A DNA stretch of 63,580 nt, filler included, from Candidatus Woesearchaeota archaeon (GTDB taxonomy: Archaea; Nanobdellota; Nanobdellia; Woesearchaeales; CAZJJJ01): NCBI GenBank assembly GCA_046538795.1. It is 3 parts of 3 records of this genome, joined end to end, with 100 filler letters (N's around TTAATTAATTAA, not from the genome) between each part and the next. Parts side by side here need not be neighbours in the genome. Positions count along the whole stretch, not along the records: positions 22,112 to 43,339 come from JBKHIF010000019.1; positions 43,440 to 63,580 come from JBKHIF010000021.1; 1 more part is not named here. One strand, 5' to 3'. The position numbers were made by a program, and so were the translations under genes. Below the pieces are notes generated by a model. That model saw only the letters and a list, made by a program, of their open reading frames with translations, was not told where the DNA came from and searched no databases. The stretch's first letter is position 1. Every line of letters begins with the position of its first letter. Shown here in pieces: positions 38,436 to 48,198 of the stretch.

Positions 38436-40197
38436 GCTTTATTATTTTTTCTTTGATTTCTTCAGGGTAGAAAGGCCTTGCATCATATTTAAGGAATTTT
38501 TCTTTTATCTTGATTCCTGTGCATTGCCTTATCAGGTCGGCCATCTGTCCTGTCTGATTATTTTCGATAATTATTGTTTTTTTTGAATTTTTAAGAATGT
38601 TTGATACGAATTTATCAGGAAATGGAAATATGTAATTCAGATGCATTAATCTTGCCTTGACTTTCTCTTCTTTGAGAAGTTTCATTGCTTCAAGGATAGG
38701 TCCTTTTGTAGATCCCCAGGAAACTATTGTTATATCTGCTTTCCTGTCTCCATATATGTTTGGTGACGGCATCTCTTTTTTGTAGAGTTCTTGCTTGTTC
38801 ATGCGTTTTTCGACCATGGAATTTCTTATTTCTGTTTCTTCTCTTGAGAATCCAAACTCATCATGCTCATCTGAGTTTGCTCTTACGGTTGCGTATTTTT
38901 GGCCGGGAACCGCTCTTGGTGAGATCCCTGATTTGGTGAGTGCATATCTCTTGTATGCTTTTTTTGCTGTAAGAGATGACTGCTTTACTCTTAGTCCTCT
39001 GTTGATCTTGACTTTTTTTGTGATATTTTTTGTGCTCTTGTGGCTTTCTGAAAGATATTTGTCTGAAAGTATCAGGACAGGAGTCTGGTATTTTTCTGCG
39101 ATGTTGAATGCTTCTCCTGTAAGTGCGAATGCTTCTTCAACATCTCCTGGTGCAAGGATTATCCTTGGGAATTCACCATGTCCTGCTCCTAAAGCAAGTT
39201 TTAGATCACCCTGTTCAGTCCATGTAGGAACACCTGTTGCAGGTCCGGGTCTTTGCACATTGACTATCACGCATGGTGTTTCAGTCATTCCTGCAAGACT
39301 ATATCCTTCACTCATGAGACAGAATCCTCCTCCTGAAGTTGCGCACATTGATCTTGCTCCTGCAAAGCCTGCTCCGATTGTCATATTTATGACTGAGATT
39401 TCATCTTCAGCATGCTTAACCACATATCCATATTTTTCCTGATGTGCTGCCATGAAATGAAGTATAGATGAAGCAGGAGTCATTGGATATGCGACATAGA
39501 CATCGCATGAAGCAGCAATAGCTCCAATACCTATTGCCTCGTTTCCTGTTATGACTATTTTTTTTGTTTTTGAACTTTTTGAGAATGATTTTTTTGATCT
39601 CTTGTCTTCCAGATTGCTTTTGATGAAATTGTAGCCTGCAATCGCCGCCTTGTGGTTCCCTTCTATAACTGTTTTTCCTTTCTCTTTGAAAAGATCGGTT
39701 ATTACTTTTTTCATGACTTTTGTATCAATGTTTAGAAGAGAAGCTGATGCTCCAAATGCGATATTATTTACCATGAGGTGGCTTAGGTGAAGTTCTTGTG
39801 CCATCTTTTTCCAGGGCAGCTTTATTAGGTTATATTTTTTAAGTTTGCTTTCATCAAGCTTAAATTCGTTTTCGTCGTATATTATGAATGCTCCTTCACA
39901 AAGTTCATCTGCATGCTTATCTACAGTTTCTTTGTTTAGGGCAACAAGAATATCCACTTCTTTTTTTTGTGAGAATATTTCTGTTTTTGAGGCTCTTACC
40001 TGATATGTGTTGTGTCCGCCCCTGATAATTGATGGGTATTCAATATAGTCGAAGATATGAAGGCCTGATCTTGAGCACATCTTTGAGAACATGAGTCCGG
40101 TTACCATTATTCCGAAACCAGCCTCTCCTCCGAGCTTCCACTGGATGTCTTTTTTAGATAGAAGTTTTTTTATTGCAGATTTTTTTATGGCACTCAA
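38422..40197 (-). CDS. 2-oxoacid:ferredoxin oxidoreductase alpha subunit (gamma-fused)
   Basis: GGEAGFG, YPSIIRGGH, YPMTP, AEDE, TSGGG, QRPGPATG. Confidence 0.95.
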   Translation of the reverse strand: MSAIKKSAIKKLLSKKDIQWKLGGEAGFGIMVTGLMFSKMCSRSGLHIFDYIEYPSIIRGGHNTYQVRASKTEIFSQKKEVDILVALNKETVDKHADELCEGAFIIYDENEFKLDESKLKKYNLIKLPWKKMAQELHLSHLMVNNIAFGASASLLNIDTKVMKKVITDLFKEKGKTVIEGNHKAAIAGYNFIKSNLEDKRSKKSFSKSSKTKKIVITGNEAIGIGAIAASCDVYVAYPMTPASSILHFMAAHQEKYGYVVKHAEDEISVINMTIGAGFAGARSMCATSGGGFCLMSEGYSLAGMTETPCVIVNVQRPGPATGVPTWTEQGDLKLALGAGHGEFPRIILAPGDVEEAFALTGEAFNIAEKYQTPVLILSDKYLSESHKSTKNITKKVKINRGLRVKQSSLTAKKAYKRYALTKSGISPRAVPGQKYATVRANSDEHDEFGFSREETEIRNSMVEKRMNKQELYKKEMPSPNIYGDRKADITIVSWGSTKGPILEAMKLLKEEKVKARLMHLNYIFPFPDKFVSNILKNSKKTIIIENNQTGQMADLIRQCTGIKIKEKFLKYDARPFYPEEIKEKIIKLAKK

Positions 40198-40289
40198 TCG
40201 ATCAACCTCTTTTAATAATATATTCAGATCAGTCCTTTAAATAATTTGTTGTTTTCTTTGGGATAAGATATTGTAATATTTTTAAATAG

Positions 40290-41102
40290 TTGGAGATTAC
40301 CTCTGATATGGCAGCAGCTGCATCAACTACACTGTTCCCTTTGTCTGTGAGTGAACTTGAAAGTGAACTTAACAAAGAGATACAGCGAGACAGATATGGG
40401 ATGACACTGAAAAAAGACAAGAGAATAAGGTCTTCTATATATTCGACTTCTCTTAAGCATAGCATCCAGATAGAGCCTGATATGGGTGAGATTGCAAGGA
40501 ATGTTAAAAAGGATGTTTGGGATCAGCATAAAAAGGCTTGGGGATATGCTATAGACAATATTTCAAAGAACATGGCTTATGATGAGAAAGATCTTGTGGT
40601 TATCTCTAAATTTCTTGCTCCGAACATAAATACTAGTATACTTACAGGTTTTAGGAAATATGATGCACAAATTGTCGGTTCAAGCCATGAACCTGTAGAC
40701 CCTTCTAAGATTTCAGCAGAGATAAATTATTTGATACATTCTGTACAGTCTTTTAAGAGTCCTTTAGAGAAGGCTATATACAGCCATTATCATCTTGCAA
40801 GGATACATCCTTTTGAAGATGGAAACGGAAGAACTTCAAGGATGGTTCAGGATTCTCTCTTGTGGGGTGCAGGTTACTTAAGTCCTGCGATAAATGTTCA
40901 TCAAAGGGATCTTTATCTTGAGATACTGAATGCAACAGACAAGCAGTATAAGGAAGGAGATAAAGAATACCTTCATCTTTTTTCCCAGTTTATAGTTGAG
41001 GGGATAAAAGAAAACCTTGACCATTACAAGAAGACTATAAAGATTCCTAAATCCAAAAAAAAGAAATCAGAGAGTGCAAAAAGCCCTTATTATGAAAAAT
41101 AA
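40290..41102 (+). CDS. Fic-domain protein
   Basis: Canonical HPFEDGNGRTSR motif. Confidence 0.92.
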   Translation: MEITSDMAAAASTTLFPLSVSELESELNKEIQRDRYGMTLKKDKRIRSSIYSTSLKHSIQIEPDMGEIARNVKKDVWDQHKKAWGYAIDNISKNMAYDEKDLVVISKFLAPNINTSILTGFRKYDAQIVGSSHEPVDPSKISAEINYLIHSVQSFKSPLEKAIYSHYHLARIHPFEDGNGRTSRMVQDSLLWGAGYLSPAINVHQRDLYLEILNATDKQYKEGDKEYLHLFSQFIVEGIKENLDHYKKTIKIPKSKKKKSESAKSPYYEK

Positions 41103-41156
41103 TTGAAAATATTTAAATAGCATTACTAATTTTTCCTTAAAAATCTTTCACTTTTC

Positions 41157-41272
41157 GGGCCCGTAGCTTAGCCTGGTGGAGCGCCGGTCTTATATGGCAG
41201 TGCTTCGGTCATTAAGCCACAGGAGCTTTCTAAGAAAGCCGGTGGTCGCGCGTTCAAATCGCGCCGGGCCCA
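41157..41272 (+). tRNA. tRNA-Ile(TAT) with 42-nt intron at 37/38 (41195-41236)
   Basis: GGGCCCG/CGGGCCC acceptor stem, CCGGT-CT-TAT-A|intron|A-GCCGG, GTTCAAATC T-loop; CTTA/TAAG central helix of a BHB-type motif. Confidence 0.9.
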
Positions 41273-41352
41273 TTTTTTCTTAATAAAATAGCTTAAAAAA
41301 CTTTTGGATAGCAGTTCAATAAAGATAAACTGTTGAAATCAGGCAGAACTTA

Positions 41353-41430
41353 TTATTGAGAATTTCGCATGAAACACGATTGAAACCTTGTTTCAATGTG
41401 CGCAAAAATTTAAAAAATTTCTTGCGTTTT
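41353..41430 (+). repeat. 5' half of the dispersed hairpin repeat
   Basis: TTATTGAGAATTTCGCATGAAACACGATTGAAACCTTGTTTCAATGTG...TTCTTGCGTTTT. Confidence 0.9.
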
Positions 41431-41656
41431 CATTTCGTTCTCCTTGCCAGTATGATTTTTTATATTTTTCAAGAAATTCTTTTTGAGTTATACCAATTAG
41501 ATCTGCACCTTGTTTTATAAACTCTGCAGTGCTTATTTTTCTCATGCCAAAATCAAATCTGAGATTTTCACTTCCAGATATTCCTTTCCAGAAATTTTCA
41601 TAATCCGGATCATCTATTAGTACTCCTCCGATATCCCAAATTACTGCTTTTATTAT
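41393..41656 (-). pseudogene. HAD-family hydrolase N-terminal fragment
   Basis: IIKAVIWDIGGVLIDD motif I; preceded in frame by TAG with no start codon; runs into the repeat and stops. Confidence 0.75.
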
Positions 41657-41734
41657 CTATGTTGGATAAATTTATGAAACTTATAAATATATCTGATGAT
41701 AAATTTATATACTTAAACATCAATATGACCTCTT

Positions 41735-41902
41735 GTGTCAACTAAAGATAAAAATGATTGGGCTGTTGGAGGTGGAGTTCTTATAGGAACCGGCATTGGA
41801 TTCTTCTTCCTGTCAAGAAATGTGTTTGCTTTTGTCGGATGTATTTTACTGGGAATGGGTCTTGGTTTGGTACTTTCAGCAGTATTATCTAAAAAGAAAT
41901 AA
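41735..41902 (+). CDS. Small Gly-rich two-TM protein (55 aa; not in ORF track)
   Basis: GTG start; MSTKDKNDWAVGGGVLIGTGIGFFFL...LLGMGLGLVLSAVLSKKK. Confidence 0.65.
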   Translation: MSTKDKNDWAVGGGVLIGTGIGFFFLSRNVFAFVGCILLGMGLGLVLSAVLSKKK

Positions 41903-41921
41903 TTATCAGGATGAAATCAAT

Positions 41922-42266
41922 ATGCAGGCTTATATGGTTAACATACTTACTGGATTGTTTTTGATACTTTTAGGGATATCTATCAGATTATTTAATCTTA
42001 GCTGGCTTATTGCCGGATATAATACTGCTTCTAAGAAGGAAAAGGCAAAATATGATGAAAAAAAACTAATATCTTTAGTGAGTAATATGATCATCATTTC
42101 GTCTTTGTTCATTATTATAGGAGGATTAATTCCTGTTTTTTATCCAAGTCTTGAAAAAGAGTCAATGATTTGGTCTTGGGTATTATATACTGTATTTATT
42201 CTTGCAGGCGTAGTTTATATGAATGTGACAGATGTTGTAAAGAAAAAGCCAAAAAATAATTCATAA
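41922..42266 (+). CDS. DUF3784-family membrane protein
   Basis: WLIAGYNTASKKEKAKYDEKKL motif; start moved to MQAYM. Confidence 0.85.
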   Translation: MQAYMVNILTGLFLILLGISIRLFNLSWLIAGYNTASKKEKAKYDEKKLISLVSNMIIISSLFIIIGGLIPVFYPSLEKESMIWSWVLYTVFILAGVVYMNVTDVVKKKPKNNS

Positions 42267-42491
42267 ATATTTTTGGTCAAAATCGATTTCAAGATCTTCT
42301 GTTCGCTTTTTCATCCAGGACTTGATATCATCAAGAGCTTTGTTGTAGATCTTTTTACCGATCTTATCTTGGAAAAAATCAAGAATGCGTTCTGCAGCAA
42401 TCACACCTAATTCTTTATCAAATTCTTCTTTTGCCATACCTTGTATGGATGATAATATTTCCTGTTTTTCGGTGTCTGAAAATTTGATCAT
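42261..42491 (-). CDS. DUF2164-family protein
   Basis: ELGVIAAERILDFF...IGKKIYNKAL.D pattern. Confidence 0.8.
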   Translation of the reverse strand: MIKFSDTEKQEILSSIQGMAKEEFDKELGVIAAERILDFFQDKIGKKIYNKALDDIKSWMKKRTEDLEIDFDQKYL

Positions 42492-42590
42492 TAGAATAGA
42501 TAATGAGGTCGTATTTAATATTCTTTTTTATTCAGATTATGTTTAAGTTGTTTTGTTTTTGAGAAAAAATAAAAAAAATTTAAATTAAAT

Positions 42591-42836
42591 CTATCTTGCG
42601 CCGCATCCGCAAGTAGGAACTCCACAGTTGCCACCGCATCGTCCGCCACAGCCCTGGCCATCTTGTGCATAAGGGCATGTTCCTGCACCGCATGTATTGG
42701 CACTGTTTTCAGAAACATCATTGTCTGAAACAGTTTCTTCTTCAACTATTCCTGGTTCATTCGCGTTTACTAAAGCTCCGATTGAAATCAAAGCGATAAC
42801 CGCGATGAATAATCCGGCTAAAATCTTATTATCCAT
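42591..42836 (-). CDS. Secreted small protein with 7-Cys Gly-rich C-terminus
   Basis: GAGGTGA RBS, signal peptide, acidic linker, CGAGTC...CGGRCGGNCGVPTCGC. Confidence 0.8.
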   Translation of the reverse strand: MDNKILAGLFIAVIALISIGALVNANEPGIVEEETVSDNDVSENSANTCGAGTCPYAQDGQGCGGRCGGNCGVPTCGCGAR

Positions 42837-42946
42837 GATATCACCTCGTTGGTAAATAGTGTTTTAACTATGAAATATTAATAATATTCCAGGCATGTTT
42901 TAGAATTATTAACGTTTTAAAGTTGACAATTTAGGTGTATTATTGT

Positions 42947-43339
42947 TTAAAACGCTTTTTTGAGATATAGCTTGTTTGTCTTTCCAAAGGCTTCTTTTGA
43001 GACAAAACCGCGCTCTTCTAATTTCTTTAAGATAAGAGATAATCCTGTCTTTGAAAGACCTGTCCTGTATCTTAATGTTGATTGCTGGATCCCTTCCTGT
43101 TCGTGTATTGCTTCAATAACTTTACTCTCATCATCATCAAATCCTGCAAGAAATGCCCTGAACTTATCTTTTTGGTTTTCTTGTTCTTTTGCTTCTTTTA
43201 TTGCAAGCGAAAGCTCTTTTTGTTTTTCATATATCTTTTCCTGAGTCCTGTCAAAGAACATGAGATATACTCCAAGAACTATTGTTGAAAGAGATACAGT
43301 GCCTCCGAAAAGGTATCGTGAAAATGACTGCCTGTGAAG
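42947..43339 (-). CDS. Membrane-associated winged-helix regulator (5'-truncated at contig edge)
   Basis: DESKVIEAI..QEGIQQSTLRYRTGLSKTGLSLILKKLEERG. Confidence 0.8.
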   Translation of the reverse strand, partial: LHRQSFSRYLFGGTVSLSTIVLGVYLMFFDRTQEKIYEKQKELSLAIKEAKEQENQKDKFRAFLAGFDDDESKVIEAIHEQEGIQQSTLRYRTGLSKTGLSLILKKLEERGFVSKEAFGKTNKLYLKKAF

Positions 43340-43439
43340 NNNNNNNNNNNNNNNNNNNNNNNNNNNNNNNNNNNNNNNNNNNNTTAATTAATTAANNNNN
43401 NNNNNNNNNNNNNNNNNNNNNNNNNNNNNNNNNNNNNNN
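43340..43439. other. Artificial contig linker
   Basis: N run + TTAATTAATTAA + N run, same layout as 22012-22111. Confidence 0.97.
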
Positions 43440-43509
43440 TTATGATGGTCTTTTAGGTTGTGTAAGTTATATTTAAAGCTTTTGATGAACCGACTTTAAG
43501 AAAGCGCAA

Positions 43510-44262
43510 TCATATATCAATAGAGTGCGAAAAGACATAATCGGCTTTTCCTGAATTGATCTTCGAAAGCTTTATTGAAAGAAGATCTTCCATCTCTTTT
43601 TTATGTCCTGCTCCAACTACAGCAAGTATCTTTTTTTCAGAGAATTTCTGTGAGAGCATAAGAAGTTTTTTTATCATGTACTTGTTTCTGTCTTCTACAA
43701 GAACCTTATGAAAAGTAGGATAGCGATTTTTTGTTTTTTTAAGGAGCTTTTCTACGATTTCCGGTGCAGGAACCTTGTTTAGGTCCATGTTTTCGATGCC
43801 AAGTTCTTTTGCATCAGAATTTTTTGTGAAAACCCCTCTGATTATATCCCAAAGAATTCTCATTTTTTCCTTGAATTTCATCTCTTTGGATATTTTTTTC
43901 AGGGTGATATTGACATCCTGATCTATAAGTGCAACCTGGAGATTGTTCTTTTTTGCAAGCTTCACCGCAGTCAGCATATCGCTTCCTGCCTGTGTGTTTA
44001 CTGCCTTTCCTATTCTTTTCTGGACCATTGATGCAATATATGCAAAAACAAACCCTGTAATTCCAATCTCTTTTACAAGTCCGATGTTTTTTATTGAAAT
44101 TCTGTCTTGTCTTTTTTCAAGAAGAGTTTTTAATCTTTGAAAATCAAGCTCAACTGCAACAATATCAGGTTTTTCTGTCTCTATGAATTCTTTGATATTT
44201 TTTACGCTTTCCCGGGCAATATGCGATGTTCCTATGAAATGCACATTATTTACAGATGTCAT
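43510..44262 (-). CDS. TraB/PrgY-family protein
   Basis: IGTSH, VAVELD, GSDM, LVEDRN, AVVGAGH. Confidence 0.9.
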   Translation of the reverse strand: MTSVNNVHFIGTSHIARESVKNIKEFIETEKPDIVAVELDFQRLKTLLEKRQDRISIKNIGLVKEIGITGFVFAYIASMVQKRIGKAVNTQAGSDMLTAVKLAKKNNLQVALIDQDVNITLKKISKEMKFKEKMRILWDIIRGVFTKNSDAKELGIENMDLNKVPAPEIVEKLLKKTKNRYPTFHKVLVEDRNKYMIKKLLMLSQKFSEKKILAVVGAGHKKEMEDLLSIKLSKINSGKADYVFSHSIDI

Positions 44263-44343
44263 TTTTATTTATCTAATAATTTTCACGTCTATAAATCCGC
44301 TGGTTTGCACAAGACTATAATAATCTTTGCCTTAAATTTAGTT

Positions 44344-45570
44344 TCAGGCAGATTTCATATTATCGTGTCGTCTTTTTTTCACATAAAAGAAAAAGCTGTT
44401 TATGAGCAATATGCCTCCCATTATAAGAACTGCGGTGTATAATGAATATGATTCTGCAAAAAATCCTGCCACAGGAAGTATTATTATCTTTCCTATAGAT
44501 TTCAGCTGTTCAAGTATGGAGCCTAATGTCGCCCTGTTGAAACTCTTTATTCTTGTATGAAAATAATTGTTTGCAATCGGGCTTCTTATATTTTCTATTA
44601 TAAGAATTGCAAAGAACAATATTACTCCTATTATTGATACAAACCCAAGGCCTATTATTACAGCAGGGATAACTGCGAGAAGTGACAAGACATTTATTGT
44701 CTTTCTTTTTCCGAATCGATCTTCGATAAGATATGAATACCTGACAGCAAGCGCAGTCAACGCAAGAGATCCGGCATATATGAAGCCGAACCATTCTATG
44801 GGGATATTTGCATTTGTCATGTAAGGCTGTATAAACTTATTGAGTGCAGCAAGAACGCTTGTAAAGATCATTATGTTGATTGTTATTCTTCGAAGAGACT
44901 TGTTTGTTGCAATCTCTATTAATGATTCCTTTGCATGGTTAATAGAACTTTTGAGATTTATTTTTTCTTTTCGTTCTTTTATGTCTTCCCATGAAATGGC
45001 CAGAATGAAATTTATAAATGCAGGAACTGCTGCGATAAAAAACACCCATGAATAGCCAAGCCGGGAAGCGATCATGCCTCCTGCTGCTGTTGCTATCGAT
45101 TCTCCTGCACGAGCCCAGAATTTCTGTTTTCCTTTTACTTCTGTGTATTTTGGAACCCCTTTACGCTCTTTGTTTTGTTCAAGATAATCAAATACAAAAG
45201 CAGTTTCAGTTCCTGATCTGAACGAATTGCCTATTTCAAACATAAACTGTGCAAGAACAAATAGCCAGAAGCTTTTTGCAAAACCAAATATGATAAATGA
45301 GAGGAATATGCCAAATTTTGAGATTATCACGCTTTTCTTCTTTCCGTATAGGTCTGCTATTATCCCTGTTGGTATTTCAAGAAGAAAGCTTGCGATGCTT
45401 CCAATGGTAAAAACCCAGAAAATCTGCTGATAATCAAGGTTCTGGGCCTGAAGAAATACTATGAGTATAGGTGTAAAATATGTCTGGTTCTTAAGAAATG
45501 ATGTGATATAGAATTTTTTTATCTGATCCATGCTTTTTATGAAAATGTTTTTTTTTAAAAATATTATCAA
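44344..45570 (-). CDS. MFS transporter
   Basis: LEIPTGIIADLYGKK motif A, SGTETA, ~12 TM. Confidence 0.92.
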   Translation of the reverse strand: MIIFLKKNIFIKSMDQIKKFYITSFLKNQTYFTPILIVFLQAQNLDYQQIFWVFTIGSIASFLLEIPTGIIADLYGKKKSVIISKFGIFLSFIIFGFAKSFWLFVLAQFMFEIGNSFRSGTETAFVFDYLEQNKERKGVPKYTEVKGKQKFWARAGESIATAAGGMIASRLGYSWVFFIAAVPAFINFILAISWEDIKERKEKINLKSSINHAKESLIEIATNKSLRRITINIMIFTSVLAALNKFIQPYMTNANIPIEWFGFIYAGSLALTALAVRYSYLIEDRFGKRKTINVLSLLAVIPAVIIGLGFVSIIGVILFFAILIIENIRSPIANNYFHTRIKSFNRATLGSILEQLKSIGKIIILPVAGFFAESYSLYTAVLIMGGILLINSFFFYVKKRRHDNMKSA

Positions 45571-45678
45571 TATGTATGAAGAAATATTTTAGAAACAACA
45601 CAGCAAACACATATTTCCGAAAACTATTTAAAGACCCGGGTTCTTTCCTTTACCATTTGATAATGGGAGTGTGTTTAC

Positions 45679-45948
45679 ATGCTTAAGATGAAGAGAATTT
45701 CAGAAGTATATGATATGAAGGTCTTCACTGATGGTGGTGACTATTTTGGAGATATTGAGGAGTCTATCGTCACCAAGAACAGGATTTTCGGATGGAGAGT
45801 TAAAAGCACTAGAAATTCTTATCTTAACAAGGTTCTGGGTTCAGCTAAAGGAGTGATTGTTCCTCATCAGCTTGTAAAAGCGATAGGCGACATAATGATA
45901 ATTTCGAAATCAGCAGTTCCAAGCTATAATCCTGAAGATGAAGAATAA
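45679..45948 (+). CDS. Small PRC-barrel protein
   Basis: MKVFTDGGDYFGDIEE...VIVPHQLVKAIGDIMII. Confidence 0.85.
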   Translation: MLKMKRISEVYDMKVFTDGGDYFGDIEESIVTKNRIFGWRVKSTRNSYLNKVLGSAKGVIVPHQLVKAIGDIMIISKSAVPSYNPEDEE

Positions 45949-46121
45949 GAGGTTATTATTAATCCAATTCTTGATTTAATTAAAAATAAATTAAATAGAT
46001 TAATTTGTGTTGATTTTGTAATCCTGCTTGTGTATTTGATTTTACTAAAAGAGCTCTACAATTAAATAGATGGTCATGAAACTTGCTTATAATTCAAAAG
46101 GCTAAAAAGAGATTTCTGCTA

Positions 46122-46559
46122 TCAATCGTAAGCTTCAACAGAATTAAATAATGATTCAAGCCCTTTTTTCAGATTTGTTTTTTCTGTTATCATATCATGT
46201 ACTTTTGGTTTTATTACCCAAAAATTGTCATGATGAATCTTTGTATTTACAAAAAAGATCTTCAGGTTATCATGTTTTATATATTCTTTCCATTCTTTTA
46301 GAAGATGGTTGAAATTAGCTTTGGTATTAAACGTGATTATCTCTATGATAGCTTGTTTGTCTTTTATGCTCTTAAGTTCCTTGGGATCAAGTTTTGATGT
46401 TATTATAATTTCAGAATCTTTGTCCTTGTATTCTGCAACCAGATGAAACTCGGTTTTCTCATTTATCTTTTTTAATTTGCCAGTAAAAAGATCCTGATGT
46501 TTTATCCTTTGCGTGATCCAATCCTTAAGTGCGAAAGTTGCCATTTTTAGAGAGCTCAC
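46122..46559 (-). CDS. Hypothetical protein
   Basis: 145-aa ORF with protein-like composition. Confidence 0.65.
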   Translation of the reverse strand: MSSLKMATFALKDWITQRIKHQDLFTGKLKKINEKTEFHLVAEYKDKDSEIIITSKLDPKELKSIKDKQAIIEIITFNTKANFNHLLKEWKEYIKHDNLKIFFVNTKIHHDNFWVIKPKVHDMITEKTNLKKGLESLFNSVEAYD

Positions 46560-46967
46560 CCTCTTTTATTTTTAATATTTTTGAATTTATCTACATAAAA
46601 AGCTTTGATTATCAAAAAGAGTTAAAAAATATGAAGCAAAAAGCATTTCAAGAATATCAGTTAAGTGCTTCAAGGCCTCTTTTTTTTATTCTCATGTATG
46701 TAAAGCCATTTCTTCTTTCAATCTGTTTATGGACGAGAAAGTTATTTTTCAGACTTACAGAATTAATAGTATCTCTCTCGACGAATATTTTGTTATATCT
46801 CCCGTTTTGGTGAAGTTCAATAAATGTCTTCATTATACCACCCATAGAAGTAACAAGTCTATTTCTTATAAAAACTTTTATCATTACTTTTACACAATGA
46901 AATTCTTTTGACTAATCAACAGGGAGAACAACAATTTTTATCCGAATGATAGATAAAGCTTAAATAT

Positions 46968-48137
46968 ATGCTTATTCTAAGCATACTCATGAGTGGGAAG
47001 AAGTCAGGTTCTAATAAAGTAAAATCTTCTAAAAATAGTGCTGCATCTAAGAAAAGAAATAATAATCCTGTTTCTGAGACTTTTCAGAAATCCGGAAAGG
47101 CTGCTAAGCTCGATAAAAAAAATAAGAACATACAAATCCAAAAAGCAGAAGATATTACATCAACAAGAGACATAATAGATGATGATAACCGTTATAATGA
47201 AGAGATGAATGCTATCAACTCAAGCAGGAAAGAGAAACTTTTGGTAGGAGGCGTAATTGTTGCCATAAGCCTTATACTTATAATAGTGCTTGCAAGAAGT
47301 TATATTGTTCCAAAAGATGATGCATCTGAACTTTCTGGTGCTGTCGTCGGAGATTCTGATGCTTATGACCTAGATGGTTCTGTTCAGGATGATTCTGGAG
47401 ATGAGAATATTGAAGGCTCTTCAGGAAAGATAGTTGATGTTCATGAAAGCAATATTAACTCTCCAGATGAAATTGATTCTTCTAAAGTTGATCCTAAGAC
47501 GAGCATGGATGAATCTGATGAAGAAACAGGCAATCCGGCTGATACTGAAAACCTTGAGGAAGAAGAACTCTTAGGTCCGCTTGATGAAGACATTGCAGGA
47601 TACTCATTAAGGCCTGCATGCAGCAAGGGATATCATCTTGCAGAAGTATATTATGAATTCAGCGATCTTCCAAGCTATGTCACAATACAGGTAAGGAATG
47701 ATTCAGAACATGGGTCAGAATTTGAAGATTTGGTTGAAGAACGCGGAGAACTCAAAAAATACACTTATTTTTATGTTTGCAACGAGTGCCCTGTTGGTGA
47801 TGAAGTTCAGATATTGGCAGGAAATGATTATTCAGTAAGGCTTAAGATTGACAGGTTTAACGATATATCATACAGTGAAGTATTAGGTTTTTCCACAAAA
47901 GATGATTCTCCTTACATGACAAAGATATGCAGTTCAAAAGACATAAAAACTGGATGTGAGGATACAGAATCTAGTCCAAATCCTAAAATAAGATCAAAGG
48001 TCACATATCAGGGAGAAGAATACTATGAAAATTGTGTCAACAATACCCATACTGAAGAATTTTGGTGTGAAGGTGATGAGATAAGAAAAGATGTTGCTTC
48101 CTGTGATCGCTTTTGCTGGCTTGGAAGATGCATGTGA
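46968..48137 (+). CDS. Single-pass membrane protein with acidic, Cys-containing ectodomain
   Basis: Basic N-terminus, TM, D/E-rich linker, C-terminal CEDTE...EFWC...C..GRC module. Confidence 0.75.
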   Translation: MLILSILMSGKKSGSNKVKSSKNSAASKKRNNNPVSETFQKSGKAAKLDKKNKNIQIQKAEDITSTRDIIDDDNRYNEEMNAINSSRKEKLLVGGVIVAISLILIIVLARSYIVPKDDASELSGAVVGDSDAYDLDGSVQDDSGDENIEGSSGKIVDVHESNINSPDEIDSSKVDPKTSMDESDEETGNPADTENLEEEELLGPLDEDIAGYSLRPACSKGYHLAEVYYEFSDLPSYVTIQVRNDSEHGSEFEDLVEERGELKKYTYFYVCNECPVGDEVQILAGNDYSVRLKIDRFNDISYSEVLGFSTKDDSPYMTKICSSKDIKTGCEDTESSPNPKIRSKVTYQGEEYYENCVNNTHTEEFWCEGDEIRKDVASCDRFCWLGRCM

Positions 48138-48198
48138 TTTTTTTATCACTTTTTATCATTTTTTAAATATTACAAATTATTATGAGGGGGTATGTATT

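Noticed and set aside
46657..46884. Short minus-strand ORF
   Set aside because: Could be real but has no recognisable motif and competes with overlapping ORFs on the other strand
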